From assembly GCF_001194135.2 (NCBI RefSeq), contig NC_068995.1, positions 18,072,267-18,136,266 on the forward strand: a stretch of DNA of 64,000 nucleotides. The letters are read 5' to 3'. The DNA comes from Octopus bimaculoides. Its lineage: Eukaryota. Shown piece by piece: positions 40,064-52,601 of the stretch. Position 1 is the stretch's first letter. Each line of letters begins with the position of its first letter. A program made the position numbers and the translations under genes. The notes under the pieces were generated by a model, which saw only the letters and a program-made list of their open reading frames with translations, was not told the origin of the DNA and made no database searches.

Positions 40064-43000
40064 CTTCTTGTGACCAAAGGGTGAGGGTTTTAAAACTCGT
40101 GGCCACAAAATTTGCATTAAGTTGTGTATCTGCTTCTCGTATTCTTACATTTTTTTGTTTTTTCTTGTCCAGGCTATGAAACTGACCCTCTTGAATAATT
40201 TAGATCTGAATTAGACTCTGAAAGTGCAAACGATGTTTCATTACTTTGGTGCATAGAATCTACTTCCTTAATAAACTGTAGGTTAGCGTTAGTGGTATAC
40301 TCAATAGGTAGACACGAATGGGAAATATCTAGATCAAAATTTTGATATTTGGTGTATAGTGATATTCAACATGAACAGATCTTTAGGCAACCAATGTGGA
40401 GCATCTATGCAGTAGTTGATTTGTTCCAACTATCAAATTTCCGTAAATAACACTCTAACAGATGATAAAGGAACTGTATATTCTGAAATTTATTCACATA
40501 TATGCAATTATGTGTTGTGTAAAACTAGAATGTCTTATATCAAAGGTTTGACGTGGTACTCAAAATATAAGAAGCGACTACAGTTGTCAGAGATATTCTT
40601 TGTATACTTTTGATTTGTTTCTTTGCTCTTAAGATATTCTTGGTGTCAAGTTAATAGTAATACTTTTCGAACAGCTTGAAAAACATTTTCGCATAAACAT
40701 TTATTTTTTTTCTTTCTGCATATCGTCAATTTGCCGCACGTTAAACATTCTTTTTAGTTCATTTTTACTGTTTTAGAATAAGTGCAATTCACATGATAAG
40801 ATTAAGTCAATATGTCTCCTATATAATTTTTCTTTTTTGTTTCTTTTAATATAAAAGAGAATATTTTAAGGTTTCGTGTGTATCATTGTTTCGTCGCATT
40901 GTTGAAAATTAATTTGCATAAAACACTTCTTATGGAGTTGTTTTATTGTAACGTGATGTAATTGTAAGAATGCATGGCTAATTAATCAAGATATATAAGC
41001 ATTTTATTTTTATGACAGTGTATTTATTTGTGGCTTTCTATAAGGGTACCTGGCCCAATCCATGTATTGTTGCCACTTATTCCCAGTGATTTATGTTCCT
41101 AACCAGGTCTTGTTGTACCCGTGTGATACAGGACAATTGATGGCTTCTCGGAACTTGCAATAAAATAACATTAAACAAAATATCTTGTCTGAAATCGCTT
41201 ACAGATGATACAGTTATACATGGAATTCTACAGTTACAAGAAGCAAATGTTAGAACAACCTGATACATAAATGGCCAGCTGAAAAAATTACGAGTTTCAG
41301 ATTTGGTAGATCACACAAAATTGCACGTAAAGCAACGAGTGACTATTTCCAAAAATATGTGAACGGCATATGCACTTCTTCGTCATTGTAAATATCACAT
41401 CTCTTTCAGTTGCAATGAGGATATTATTGGAGTAAATTTTGATTCATCAGATCACAAATATAAGATAATAGGATATCTGTTTGATATATTAGATGTAGTT
41501 GATATTCTATTTGTGTTTGATATACTATATGCATCTGATATATCAAATTTATTTGATCTATTGTGTTTGATATATTTGATAGTAATGTTCATGAAGAAAT
41601 ACGGAGGTAATTGATGTAATTTACAGTGGATAACGATTGTATTAATTTGTTTTACCAAGTAGACAACTGATAATTCGAGTCAATACTGGAGCATCAAAGC
41701 ATTTGCTTTTCCAATTAGAAATTTCAACCAAATATTCTTCAATTTACACTTTACCATATTAAAAATAGTGGAAGGATACTTTTGATAACGTTTATAGATA
41801 TCTCTAAAAAATACGAGTTCCAGTTAGAATCCATTTGATAATATTTTCCATCTGTTTTGATCTGACTACCATAACTTTATTGATATGTGGCTAAAATATG
41901 ATACAAACTAATATATTTGGTATGTTATTCTTCCGGCGGTTTTGAGATAACATCCAGTTTCAAGCCGGATTACACACTAAAATCAAAAGAAGATATTTGT
42001 ACTAGTATGGTATTTCTAGATAATTTTCATGTGGTAGATTGGAAGTCTGCCTAAGGTCTATTACTTCAAGATCTCCCTTACGAATTGATATACTTGTTAG
42101 GCACTATTCATGTGGTACACTAATCTATTCTCATGAAAACCGAAATAATCCTACAAGACTTCAGTTATACCACGTCTGAAGAATGGTATGTTCCATTTCC
42201 TTCAGAACTACAATAGAATCACACTCTCAACTATAGTTTCAAACGCTTACACCTCTATACTTTTGCCAAAATTTACCTCATCCTGCGATGAAATCAAACA
42301 GTTTCTGCAAAGACAAATCAACATTCCCACAGACGCTTGCCCATAGAAAGATTTCAAAATCCCCAAGCAAAACTCATCAAGCTGTTGCTTAGAAATTGCC
42401 ATTATATCTGATAATGTAGTATTAGTTTTGTTTTGTGTTTCTGACTATAGTGGATTAAATAGGAAGAAATGCCAAATGTTTCACCAACAAACAGAAAATC
42501 TAGAGATGTTAGCAAGGCATGTATCGGCATCAGTCAGACTATACAGATGATCTTCCTATCACAATGTATGAGAAAACACTTTCTGAGGAGCAACATTTAC
42601 TACAAAACGCTAAGCTCCTTCAAAGTAGGATCTCCTGATATTAATGCACTTTCGTAGCGCTTCACCCAGTATGTAAAGAACCCTGCATAATCATGTATAT
42701 ACATAAACACATTTTCAAATACGCAAACACTCGCATTCGAATACACATATACCCATATATAAAAACGATCTGCCGCTACGCATGTAACTTACACAATAAA
42801 CATATTGCAGCTCTTTGGTAACATTTTGTTGAAATCTGGGACACTTACTGTTGTCCACTTCTTAAATCGAATTTAAATGTGATGCTATTTTATCTATGTC
42901 ACACATAAGATATATCCAGTTCTTCTAATCGTATTCTTGTACATAGAATATGGTGGGTTAGAATACGATTATATGTTATAAACAATTAGTACTATACTGA

Positions 43001-43271
43001 TATGTTCTGATTTCATGTTACAATTGCATAGATTTCGACATGTGTAAAATTTAAACGACACATGCAAACACACAGACATACCAATGCGCACATATATGTA
43101 TATACCTTTCTCGTTGTATTACGTATTCGTTTCTTTTTATTGCATCTGTGATTTTATTTTTGATCTTCTATATAAATGAAGATATTTCCTTCGTTTTACT
43201 GCTATTGTTTCTACGAAATGAGAACATACATTGCGGAACTGTTATTTTAACGAGTTGTATTTATTTATCAC

Positions 43272-43362
43272 CTGATGAGACACATCTGTACCGCCGGGTG
43301 CTCTTGAACCAGTTATTTATGTGACTGACCCATTAGTGATCGATGCTAGATGTGTCAAAAAC
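43272..43362 (+). ncRNA. Hammerhead-like motif, probably inactive
   Basis: CTGATGA (43272-43278) is followed immediately by GACACATCT (43279-43287), which pairs perfectly with AGATGTGTC (43348-43356, G-C closing pair). AAAAAC follows where GAAAC is expected. It has a T-rich upstream tract and abuts (TA)n and a gap. Confidence 0.4.
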
Positions 43363-43397
43363 ACCCTATATATGTATATATATATATATATATATAT

Positions 43398-43762
43398 NNN
43401 NNNNNNNNNNNNNNNNNNNNNNNNNNNNNNNNNNNNNNNNNNNNNNNNNNNNNNNNNNNNNNNNNNNNNNNNNNNNNNNNNNNNNNNNNNNNNNNNNNNN
43501 NNNNNNNNNNNNNNNNNNNNNNNNNNNNNNNNNNNNNNNNNNNNNNNNNNNNNNNNNNNNNNNNNNNNNNNNNNNNNNNNNNNNNNNNNNNNNNNNNNNN
43601 NNNNNNNNNNNNNNNNNNNNNNNNNNNNNNNNNNNNNNNNNNNNNNNNNNNNNNNNNNNNNNNNNNNNNNNNNNNNNNNNNNNNNNNNNNNNNNNNNNNN
43701 NNNNNNNNNNNNNNNNNNNNNNNNNNNNNNNNNNNNNNNNNNNNNNNNNNNNNNNNNNNNNN
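43398..43762. other. Assembly gap (N run)
   Basis: Flanked by (TA)n and (TG)n. Confidence 1.
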
Positions 43763-43811
<49 letters not shown>

Positions 43812-44146
43812 AAGCGTGTGTGTGTGTGCAAGCGTGTGTGTGTGTGCATATACTTTATTTTTGGGTTAACAAGGCTATGATTGGTTTCATAGCGAGAATT
43901 GGGACTTTAGCATGTCTCCATTTTGGATGAGACTACAATGAAATTACACGAGAATGAGCAGGATTTTGGAATAAAGAAATAAATATGCAAATCAGGGAAA
44001 ACAAGTTCTAGTCTCTATGTCCCTTCGATTAGTTTTGGTTTCGTTCAAATGAATATAAATGCACCTTCATATGTACATGTGCATCCATACAGAATATCCA
44101 TGCAGAACATGTGCCCCCGCTCACACAGACACAGACAGACAGACAG

Positions 44147-44223
<77 letters not shown>

Positions 44224-44559
44224 TCTGCATTATGCATTTTGTTCGTGTTTGACTATGCGCAGATGACTGTGGATTTTCATATAATGTTCACAACAAACTT
44301 AGCCCATGGGAGGGTAATTTCACGGAAATGCGCCTTCAGAAATGTGTGCATATAACGTGATGTCATGAATATTTGTAATGCACATATGTGTTTGTAAGGA
44401 GGGTGTTCAGCTTAAGTTTATCGGAGCATGTGTCTTTCATGAATCATGTTCATATATTGAATATATATTTTATGTTCAAAGAAAACTTTTATCTAGGCTG
44501 GAGAAGCGATAAGGTAGATAGAAACTCAAGCTTGAAATTTCGAAGCGTGAATTGTTACT

Positions 44560-45260
44560 TATGCACGCAGTATAATAACTTTTTACCCCCAATTTTTAAA
44601 ACGCTGACGGTATGATATTCAGTTTTCGGTAATGTAAAGCTCGAATTTGTTTCCTCATCCCCTGTTTTTGCTTGCTTAGTTATAATGCTCCAGATTATCT
44701 AGGAGTTGCTAGCGCCTCTCTCCTTATGTATCCATGCCATGTTTCATAAAGATGTTATCTGTCTATTGTTTTCATCTCTGAGTGATGCCAAATACTGTGT
44801 ATGATTTTTGAAGTTGTTTCTCGTCATTCCAATATACTTTATTGTTATTCCGTTCAAAACTGTAATGTTTCCAGGCACGTATTGTCCAGGGACAGCTTCC
44901 TAAAGGTCTAAGATTACAGAAGCGCGCGTCAACGTGAATTCTTGATAAACAAAAGAGACAAAGATACCTACAAACTTCCAAGTTGTTGTAGAAAATTTCG
45001 ACTACGTATGAAATATATTACCCACAACATCAGCAGCTTCCCCAAAATTCCTGCAAAATAGTACATCCCACTAAGGCATGATTTAGTTGCAATGACTATT
45101 TTCAATAATATTTGTAGGAAGAATAACTCTGACGTGTACGTCAAATGTATGTCCAGTATGTACTCACAGCCTAAGAAACGAGTAATACTGGTTGAACACA
45201 CCAACAAAAACAGCAAATCAATGCAAATATAAAATCTAATATGCAGTGGATGCAAATGCA
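44560..45260 (-). mobile_element. Second decayed Penelope-like element (GIY-YIG region)
   Basis: Minus-strand translation across frameshifts gives FCNLRPLGSCP / LDNTCL / ITIKYIGMTRNNFKNHTQYLASLRDENNRQITSL*NMAWIHKERGASNS*IIWSIITK. This matches PLE CNC..CPL...CL..YIG.T..FK..H..S....T.LS..W..KE....I.WSI. Boundaries outside about 44640-44930 are approximate. Confidence 0.7.
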
Positions 45261-45625
45261 CCATCAATAGTCCTGGAAAAGAGAATAGCTACGGTGGGAC
45301 ATACAGGTTTTGTACACAGACTATAAACCTCGCTTTTTATCTATGATCTTCGGTGCATTACTGTATGTGCCTAAAAGTGTACGCAAAAACTAAAAGTTTT
45401 CGAATAAATATACAAAGGTTTTCGGACACGCATCTTCCGATGCAATTTATCTGCAGCATAGTGAAAGTGTGTAGGTCATTCCAAAAATTCTCCATTTCAA
45501 ATTTATTAGAAGTTTAAATCGATATTCTTTGGTGCGGATCGACAGTTCAACCAACATAGCAGTTCAGTCCATATTTATAAACACTCTCAAAATATATTTA
45601 CAAAACTCGATGAACTCAAAATATC

Positions 45626-45670
45626 TTCTTGCTTTGCAAGCCAGTTACTTGCAAAGCAAGAAACTGGCTT
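45626..45670. repeat. Fold-back inverted repeat (15-bp perfect arms plus a nested 9-bp inversion)
   Basis: TTCTTGCTTTGCAAG (45626-45640) / CTTGCAAAGCAAGAA (45648-45662); AAGCCAGTT (45638-45646) / AACTGGCTT (45662-45670). Confidence 0.9.
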
Positions 45671-46547
45671 GAACTCTCTTAAGGATTTAAATAAATCTTA
45701 AAAAAATACACACACACACACGCACAAATATATTTCGTAATGTTATTTTTATATCATATCGTTATGTTATTTTCATATTTGCTAAACAAATCGCCTTATA
45801 ATGTAAAAGAGAAAACATCACTCTCCGTCGATCACTAACGTAACTTGGTTGTTCGGATACTGTTTTACAGCTTTGAAATGACAAGATTTTGCTAGTGACT
45901 CGTTCATACTGTGTAACCGATTTCGAGAAATCGCTTGCACATACAATGTCAAACAGACAGAGAAGCGAATCAAATAGTGTTCTGGAGATAGTACTTTAGT
46001 TATCGTGTTCCGCGGGATAACAAGAATTTTTGAAATAGGCAGTAAAGAACTTAGTACAAAATCTGAACTTTTTTCTGCTCTAAACATTCTACCACTCGAG
46101 CGTCTGGCTTTCAGTCGATATTCTAAAAAGAATTAAAACAAGCCATTAATTGATATCATAGACGTTATGTTTGCTATCAGAACAATTTGAATATTAGAAT
46201 GGCAGGCTTCTTAATACCTACACATGGACTTAGTTGATCGTAAGATCCAGCTATTTGCAAATTTGACTAACGTTGCATTTAAGAAAAGGATTTTTGTAAT
46301 GTTCCATACATAATTTGTGCATCAGAAAATTATAAAACGTTTAGTAAATTTTGGACGCCATTTCCATTTATCTCACAATGTTGAAGGTCTCGCACTCCAC
46401 AGGAGTCGGCAACCCTCATCATAACAGATATATCGATTATAAACACTACTAAACAACCACCGATTTATATAATTGACAATGTTTCAGTCTAAAATAATTT
46501 GCCCTTGTCACGATTCAGGTGAAGTAAATATTGGAAATATGGGAGTC

Positions 46548-46602
<55 letters not shown>

Positions 46603-46860
46603 AATAGTATACACGTCATCTAGTTGTTTAAGCAATACTGGAATATTTAATACAGGAAACATCTAATGCCTATCCCAGAGAGAAAATGTTTATGAAAAGA
46701 AATATTCTTGAAATCAGTGTATTTCGTACTTGATAGGATTGATTGTACGTGTTTCTCTCGCACACACTCTTTTCCTCTCTTCATATACATACATACGTGC
46801 ATACATACATACATGCATACATACATACATACATACATACATACATACATACAAACATAT
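46548..46860. repeat. (TG)n at 46548-46598 and (TACA)n at about 46780-46860
   Basis: Read directly. Confidence 0.95.
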
Positions 46861-47493
46861 GTATTCACGTATGTGTATCTATAATACTTTACTCCTTTAG
46901 CTACATTCATATTTACGAAAAAGTGCAATGTGGCTCAGGAAGATGTGCGTGTTCTTTCTCTAGTAGCATCAAGTGAAAGAAATATACATTGGCGCTAATT
47001 AAGTTTGATTCGTGCTATGAAGTCATTAAAATTGCTATAGAATTTCATCATCTCTTGGGTTCGAAAAGAGCAATACACACTAAGTATTTAAACATTGCAG
47101 ACTGCTACAAACAGTTCGAAATAATGGCTTACACGAAAAATTACAAACATATATTGAAACGCCTTTTGAAGTGAAAAAAAATCCTGATTTCTTCAATTCC
47201 TTCTGTATTGCGCAACATGAGGTTTTATAGGATGTATACATTCCCAAAATTAATTTTTCTTGATAAACGAAGATGAAAGACATAGTATTGTATTGCAAAT
47301 TCTTGTAGAATATGCTATATCTTCCCTTTGGTTATTTATTTTGGATTGAATCGCAAACATCTCACACAAAATTTATTAACGTAGAGTACAATAAAAGATT
47401 CCCTGCTACTACTGCTACTGCTGTAACAAGAAAGATTACTGCTATTTCTTGTATCTCTACTAATATTAGAAACATTTTTCTAATTTTGGAACG

Positions 47494-47693
47494 AGGCTAG
47501 CAGAGTTAAGGGGAGGGGCAGATCGATAATATCGCTCTTTAGTATTATGAGGCTGGTACTTATTTCATCGGCTTTGAAATGATGAAAAGTAAAGCTAACC
47601 TCAGTGGGATGTGAACTCAGGTGGAATAGACCCGGGACAAATGCCACGAAGCATTTTGTCCGCCGTGCCAATGATCCTGACAAAACACCGCTT
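47494..47693 (-). mobile_element. SINE family A, degenerate
   Basis: ggggaggggcagatcgat ... ctggtacttatttcatcg ... gatgaaaagtaaagctaacctcagtgggatgtgaactcag ... gcattttgtccgccgtgccaatga. Confidence 0.8.
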
Positions 47694-48799
47694 TACCGCT
47701 ATTAATAATACTGGTACTTGATTGAGACACAGGCCAATAATTTTTAGTGCAAGTGTTAGTCCGCTTCTTCAACGAATTATATCAGCTCTCGTTTATCAGT
47801 AGTTGCAAATAATAGCTCAGGTCCTGCAAAATTGAGGAAAATTGGTCAGTTTTTTATCATTGACACAATACTTGCGTTGTATTTTATTTTATGGACTTCG
47901 AAAATGTGTAAGCAATGCTAAAATTGCATGATTATAGCTCAGTTGATAAAAAAAGAAAAAAACTGGAACAAAGAGAGCAAAGCATTTTGAAACACGGATT
48001 TATGATTCTAACGAACTATATAAAAGTAAATAAGGAAAAATAGTGTATTATTTGATTTTAGCCACATTGAAAATCTGCTTGAACATACATATCAGTAATA
48101 AGAAAATAATAACAAATAAGTGCAGTAGAAAGTGATTTGTATGTAGCTTATTTATTGACATACTTCATACCTGTGCTTGCGAGTTAGCCTAAAGTTATGT
48201 CAAATTGAAATATGCTCCGTTATTTTAGAAAACTGAGGAGTGTTACAAGAAAGTACCAAACCAGTTAAAAGATAAAGACCAGCTTACAATAATCTGCGTC
48301 AGCATGCCTCGTGTATTCTGGCAGGAACAAGACCCTGTACATCTCGAATGAAATCTAGAAACATTCTTAGAAATTTATCTCCCATGTAGATATATCATTT
48401 ACAAAAGGAATATTCAAGATGAGGATATACAAGTAAAATCAGCAACAATGTTTACTTATATATGTGCTAAAACAGAACATGTGCCAAGACCACCAATCCA
48501 GGAAATAACTCCGCTACCCAAGACATCATATATAAGAAGCTCATTTGAAATTCAATTGCACAACTAGCGCTCAAAATATATCTGTAACAAAAAAACACCC
48601 AATACGTATACCAGCATACACTAAAAACACACTTTGCATACATTCACATAGTATTTAGCAGATACCAAAACTACACCACACAGACCAAAACAATGTGATT
48701 CATATTGTTGCTCGTAATCTCCCCCTTTTCTTTTATTTTAAATCAATTTCCTTTATTTTAAATCATTTTTACTAATATTTCGCTAGTGCATGCTAATTT

Positions 48800-50420
48800 A
48801 CATAGCAGGCATTTTATCTTGAATTTTGGTGACAACAAATCTCCCCAAATCTCAAGAATCTTTCTCAGAATATTTGCAGAATATGAGATTGTACTTTTCT
48901 GCAGGTCGGCAAAGTGAGTGTCAATTCCAATCTCTCAGTTTGCTATGTAGCATTTCGGGACGTGTGCCAGCACTCTGAGTTTCCTCAGTACTCTGAGTTT
49001 CCTCAGTACTCTGAGTTTCCTCAGCACTCTAGCTATATCCTGATATCTCTCAATTTTTCTCAATTTCTTTGTATTTACCCTGCTATCATAGGGAATTTCA
49101 AAATTTATGATCTTACACTGTTTGTTTATTTTGTTCCCTACGATCATATCCGTTATTTTTTGCTTCAATAGTAAAGTGGCCTTTTGGGGAAATCCCACAT
49201 GGTCTTATATTTTCATTTTTTCTCACAGCGTCTGGTACGCGTTCAAACCTCTTTTCTGTTCTTTTGAAACCACTCATTCAGGTAACTACTCAATACACTC
49301 TTTTGCATACACAGTCACGTCAACGTTTATATTCCTCTTTTACTATTATACTGCATTAACTCAAAAGGTTACAAATACTTTCATCTATTTTCCTACACGT
49401 TCTGCGTTTGTTGTCTGATTGGGATTTGTTGGTCTTTTATTTTATCGGGTTTGTTTTACAGGCTTCTCCCAGAGAAGCTATAATTTGCGTTCCTGTGTCA
49501 CGTTTCAAGTTTCAGAGCCTATGATCTTTACTTCCTAAATTCTCGGGTTGTTGTATGAATTCGTCATGTGGTTTTGTTTTCTTTTCATCTGTTTGCTCTG
49601 TTGTTCTTTGTTTTCTCTTTCAATTCTCTAAGTGTTTCGGTCACATTTTGGGTATTTCAGGCTGCCGATAGTATAATTCTTTCAACTCCGCACAACAGCA
49701 TCTCAGTATTAACTGTGTCCACTGCGTTTAGTAATCCTCTGTTATCTTCCTTTCATGGTACGTAGAGTCGGTCGGTAATTCTTATAGGGTGTAATGCGTT
49801 GTGCTTTGTGAGAAGCTTTCTGGTTCTACTATCCAAGTTCGGTAGGTCGGCGTTTGTCAATTTCAGAAAGCATAGTAACTCAATACGGGGATAGTCCATG
49901 TATTTATGGTTTTAACGATATTACCGCCATTTAACTTTCTTTCAGGGCAAATTCTTAATTCTTGTCTGGTACTTTTATGGACTTTCTCATTTCTTCTTCC
50001 ATTGTACTATCGTCTTGCATCACTCCTAGATACATGTACCCTTCATTATATAGCAATGTAATGACGTTATCTTGTAGAATTTATGCCATCAGAGTTTACA
50101 TTTTGGCTTTGCTTCATAATTGGTACTAAGCATTTATTCACACCAAACTGCATTCCAATATCTCTAGTGAATACTCGCACTGTTTAGATCAAAGAATCTA
50201 GGTCCATCTCATTTGCAGCTTTTAGGTCATCCATGAAAAGCAGGGGATTTAATCTCTTCTTAGATTTTCTAATCTCATTTGTAGACCTGGATCTTCTTAG
50301 TATACAGGCCAGGAAGATTAGTGCAAGGACGAAGAGTAATTGAGGAAGTGAATCGCTCCTTGGTGAATGCCCCTGCGTATTTCCACGTTGAGTAGCCATT
50401 TATTTCAACGTGTCATTTGT
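48800..50420 (-). mobile_element. 5'-truncated, decayed R4/Dong-clade non-LTR retrotransposon (RT C-half plus restriction-like endonuclease)
   Basis: The minus strand gives NVEIRRGIHQG / DSLPQLLFVLAL..LNPLLFMDDLK..DLDSLI*TVRVFTRDIGMQFGVNKC; LNGGNIVKTINTWTIPVLSY; KLLTKHNALHP..DRLYVP; TDMIVGNKINKQCKIINFEIPYDSRVNTKKLRKIERYQDI; LQKSTISYSANILRKILEI*. This is the characteristic R4/Dong motif order. Many stops and frameshifts. Confidence 0.92.
48969..49030. repeat. 18-bp tandem repeat, about 3.3 copies, inside the LINE endonuclease domain
   Basis: Unit ACTCTGAGTTTCCTCAG(T/C) starts at 48972, 48990 and 49008; it encodes RVLRKL on the minus strand. Confidence 0.97.
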
Positions 50421-50505
50421 ACTACCCACACGTTCAATGATTCTTACAAAAAAGCTGTTTATCTTCTCATTGACTGCGAGTATCCTCAGACACTCCAAGG
50501 GCAAG

Positions 50506-51391
50506 CTTCGAATTGTGTCACAATATTTAGAGATAGTGCTTCCGAAGAATGATGCACATTTGCATTTGAATAATAGCTACCTATCTTTTGATTACGAATG
50601 TTTCGAGAAGTTTTAGGAAAATATTCAAAACATTAAACGCTCTATTTCCATAGCTGAAAGTGTTAACAATAAAGCAATAAAAATATATACAAATGTATAT
50701 GTAAGTTATTAAGTTAAAATTGTAGTAGTAGTACCAGCAGAAGCACCAGTGTTTTCTAGTATATACTCCTAACACAAGATATTAATCCAATACTTCCATT
50801 ACTCTTTTTTAGCCTCGTATTTTTCTTTTATTTTATCATACACTGGAACTCAAAAATCTTATTTTTCTCGCTAAGTATGGTGCTGCTGCGAGTTTAAAGT
50901 ACTTACTGTTTCAGCTCAATTATTATTTTTTTAATTAGTTCACATAGCCTCTATTTCGCAAAGTCTACATTGTCCCTAATAACAATTCAGGTGTGTTGAC
51001 ATGCATCAACACTGCAAACAAGTAAGTACGAAGGTTAGCATATTCTTTCATCACCTATGCATAACTTTTGTGGTATCGTATTAATTTTCGACAGTTTAGT
51101 CATATATATATGATGTACTAGTCAGTTTTATTGGGGGATGAGGTGTAAGAAAATCTACACAGCAGACGACTGTAGAAAAACACACTTCGAATTGTGTCAC
51201 AATATTTAGAGATAGTGCTTCCAAAGAATGATGAACATTTGCATTTGAATAATAGCTACCTATCTTTTGATTACGAATGTTTCGAGAAGTTTTAGGAAAA
51301 CATTCAAAACATTAAACGCTCTATTTCCATAGCTGAAAGTGTTAACAATAAAGCAGTATATGTATATGTAAGTTATTAAGTTAAAATTGTA
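50506..51391 (+). repeat. Local direct duplication of about 210 bp (50506-50724 and 51185-51391)
   Basis: cttcgaattgtgtcacaatatttagagatagtgc ... gtaagttattaagttaaaattgta occurs twice. I count 3 substitutions in the first ~165 bp and a net 12-bp indel near the 3' end. Confidence 0.95.
50991..51021 (+). other. Weak candidate 31-nt exon
   Basis: ctaataacaattcAG acceptor and CAA|GTAAGT donor; open frames CVDMHQHCKQ or VLTCINTAN. Confidence 0.2.
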
Positions 51392-52524
51392 ATAACTATA
51401 AATACCAGAAAGTAATTCACTAATACAAAAATATTAAGTTTGATTTAATATATATAAGTATTATATATTAGTGATATAGTCACGCTACATAATTTTGAAA
51501 TTGAATAAATAGAAATTGAATAAAGTAAAACTCCATTCAGTTCATTTATATTTTGCGTCGGTATCACCAGTTTCTTTCAGGTAGCAATGTGTTACTAGGG
51601 GCCTGTGGACGGACTTCCTTTTATTGTTCTTAAAAAAGGACAATGAAACGTTAAGAGAAGCTGAAATGAACAGAAACGCAACTCAATCATAAAGTTGTAC
51701 TCGTAGCTTTTGGTATCCAAAGCGGTTGTGTGTACCTAGCGGAAAACAACTTTTTTCTGTTAGTACAGTATGCAATTGGCACTCAGTTTGTAGTTTTCGT
51801 TTTAGAAACTACTGAACAGGTGCGACAACAAAAACACCATTTCTTTTTACATGATATCTGGTTTCTGTTTTAAAAATAGCAGATATATCAAAATCTATTA
51901 AATTATTCCAAATATATTTGGGACCTAAAATGATCTACAGCTTAATGTTGATACATATAGTACAACATCTAGTTTGCAACACTCTTGTTTCCAATGAATT
52001 CGGTCTGCCCACAAACCTAAAATATTTAAAACTAAAAAAAGCTTATATCATGTGAAATAAATGGTCTTTAAATAGAGGAAAATATTATAAATTAAATAAA
52101 GACTTCGAAAATGTATTTTCTGAATAATATTTATTATATATTTGCATTGAAATTTGTCTCAAGTATAAAATATATGTTTATACAAAAAGAAAGAAGAAAT
52201 GAATATCATGTAATATTGTACATATAATTATAAAAAAATCATTTCATATTGAATTCTAATGTTGGTAGAATGCCAAATATATCTAAGCGTCAGAGCGATA
52301 TTACAGAAATATTTGTGTGTATATATACCCTACATTTTAAAGCAAGGGTATCATAAATGTGTATATTTAAACAACTTCATTATTTTTGCTCTTTTTCTTT
52401 CCATTTTTGTCTCTTCCTTCACATTCATTCATCTATCCCGCCATACCTTTTTCTTTCTTTCATTCCTTCTTTCGTTCTTTCTGTCTTTCTCTCTCTTTCT
52501 CTCATTAGCTAGCTAGCTATCCAT

Positions 52525-52528
52525 ATTA

Positions 52529-52601
<73 letters not shown>

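Noticed and set aside
48969-49030. Palindromic 18-bp direct repeats superficially like CRISPR repeats
   Set aside because: No spacers, no cas genes, eukaryotic context, and they lie inside a LINE ORF.
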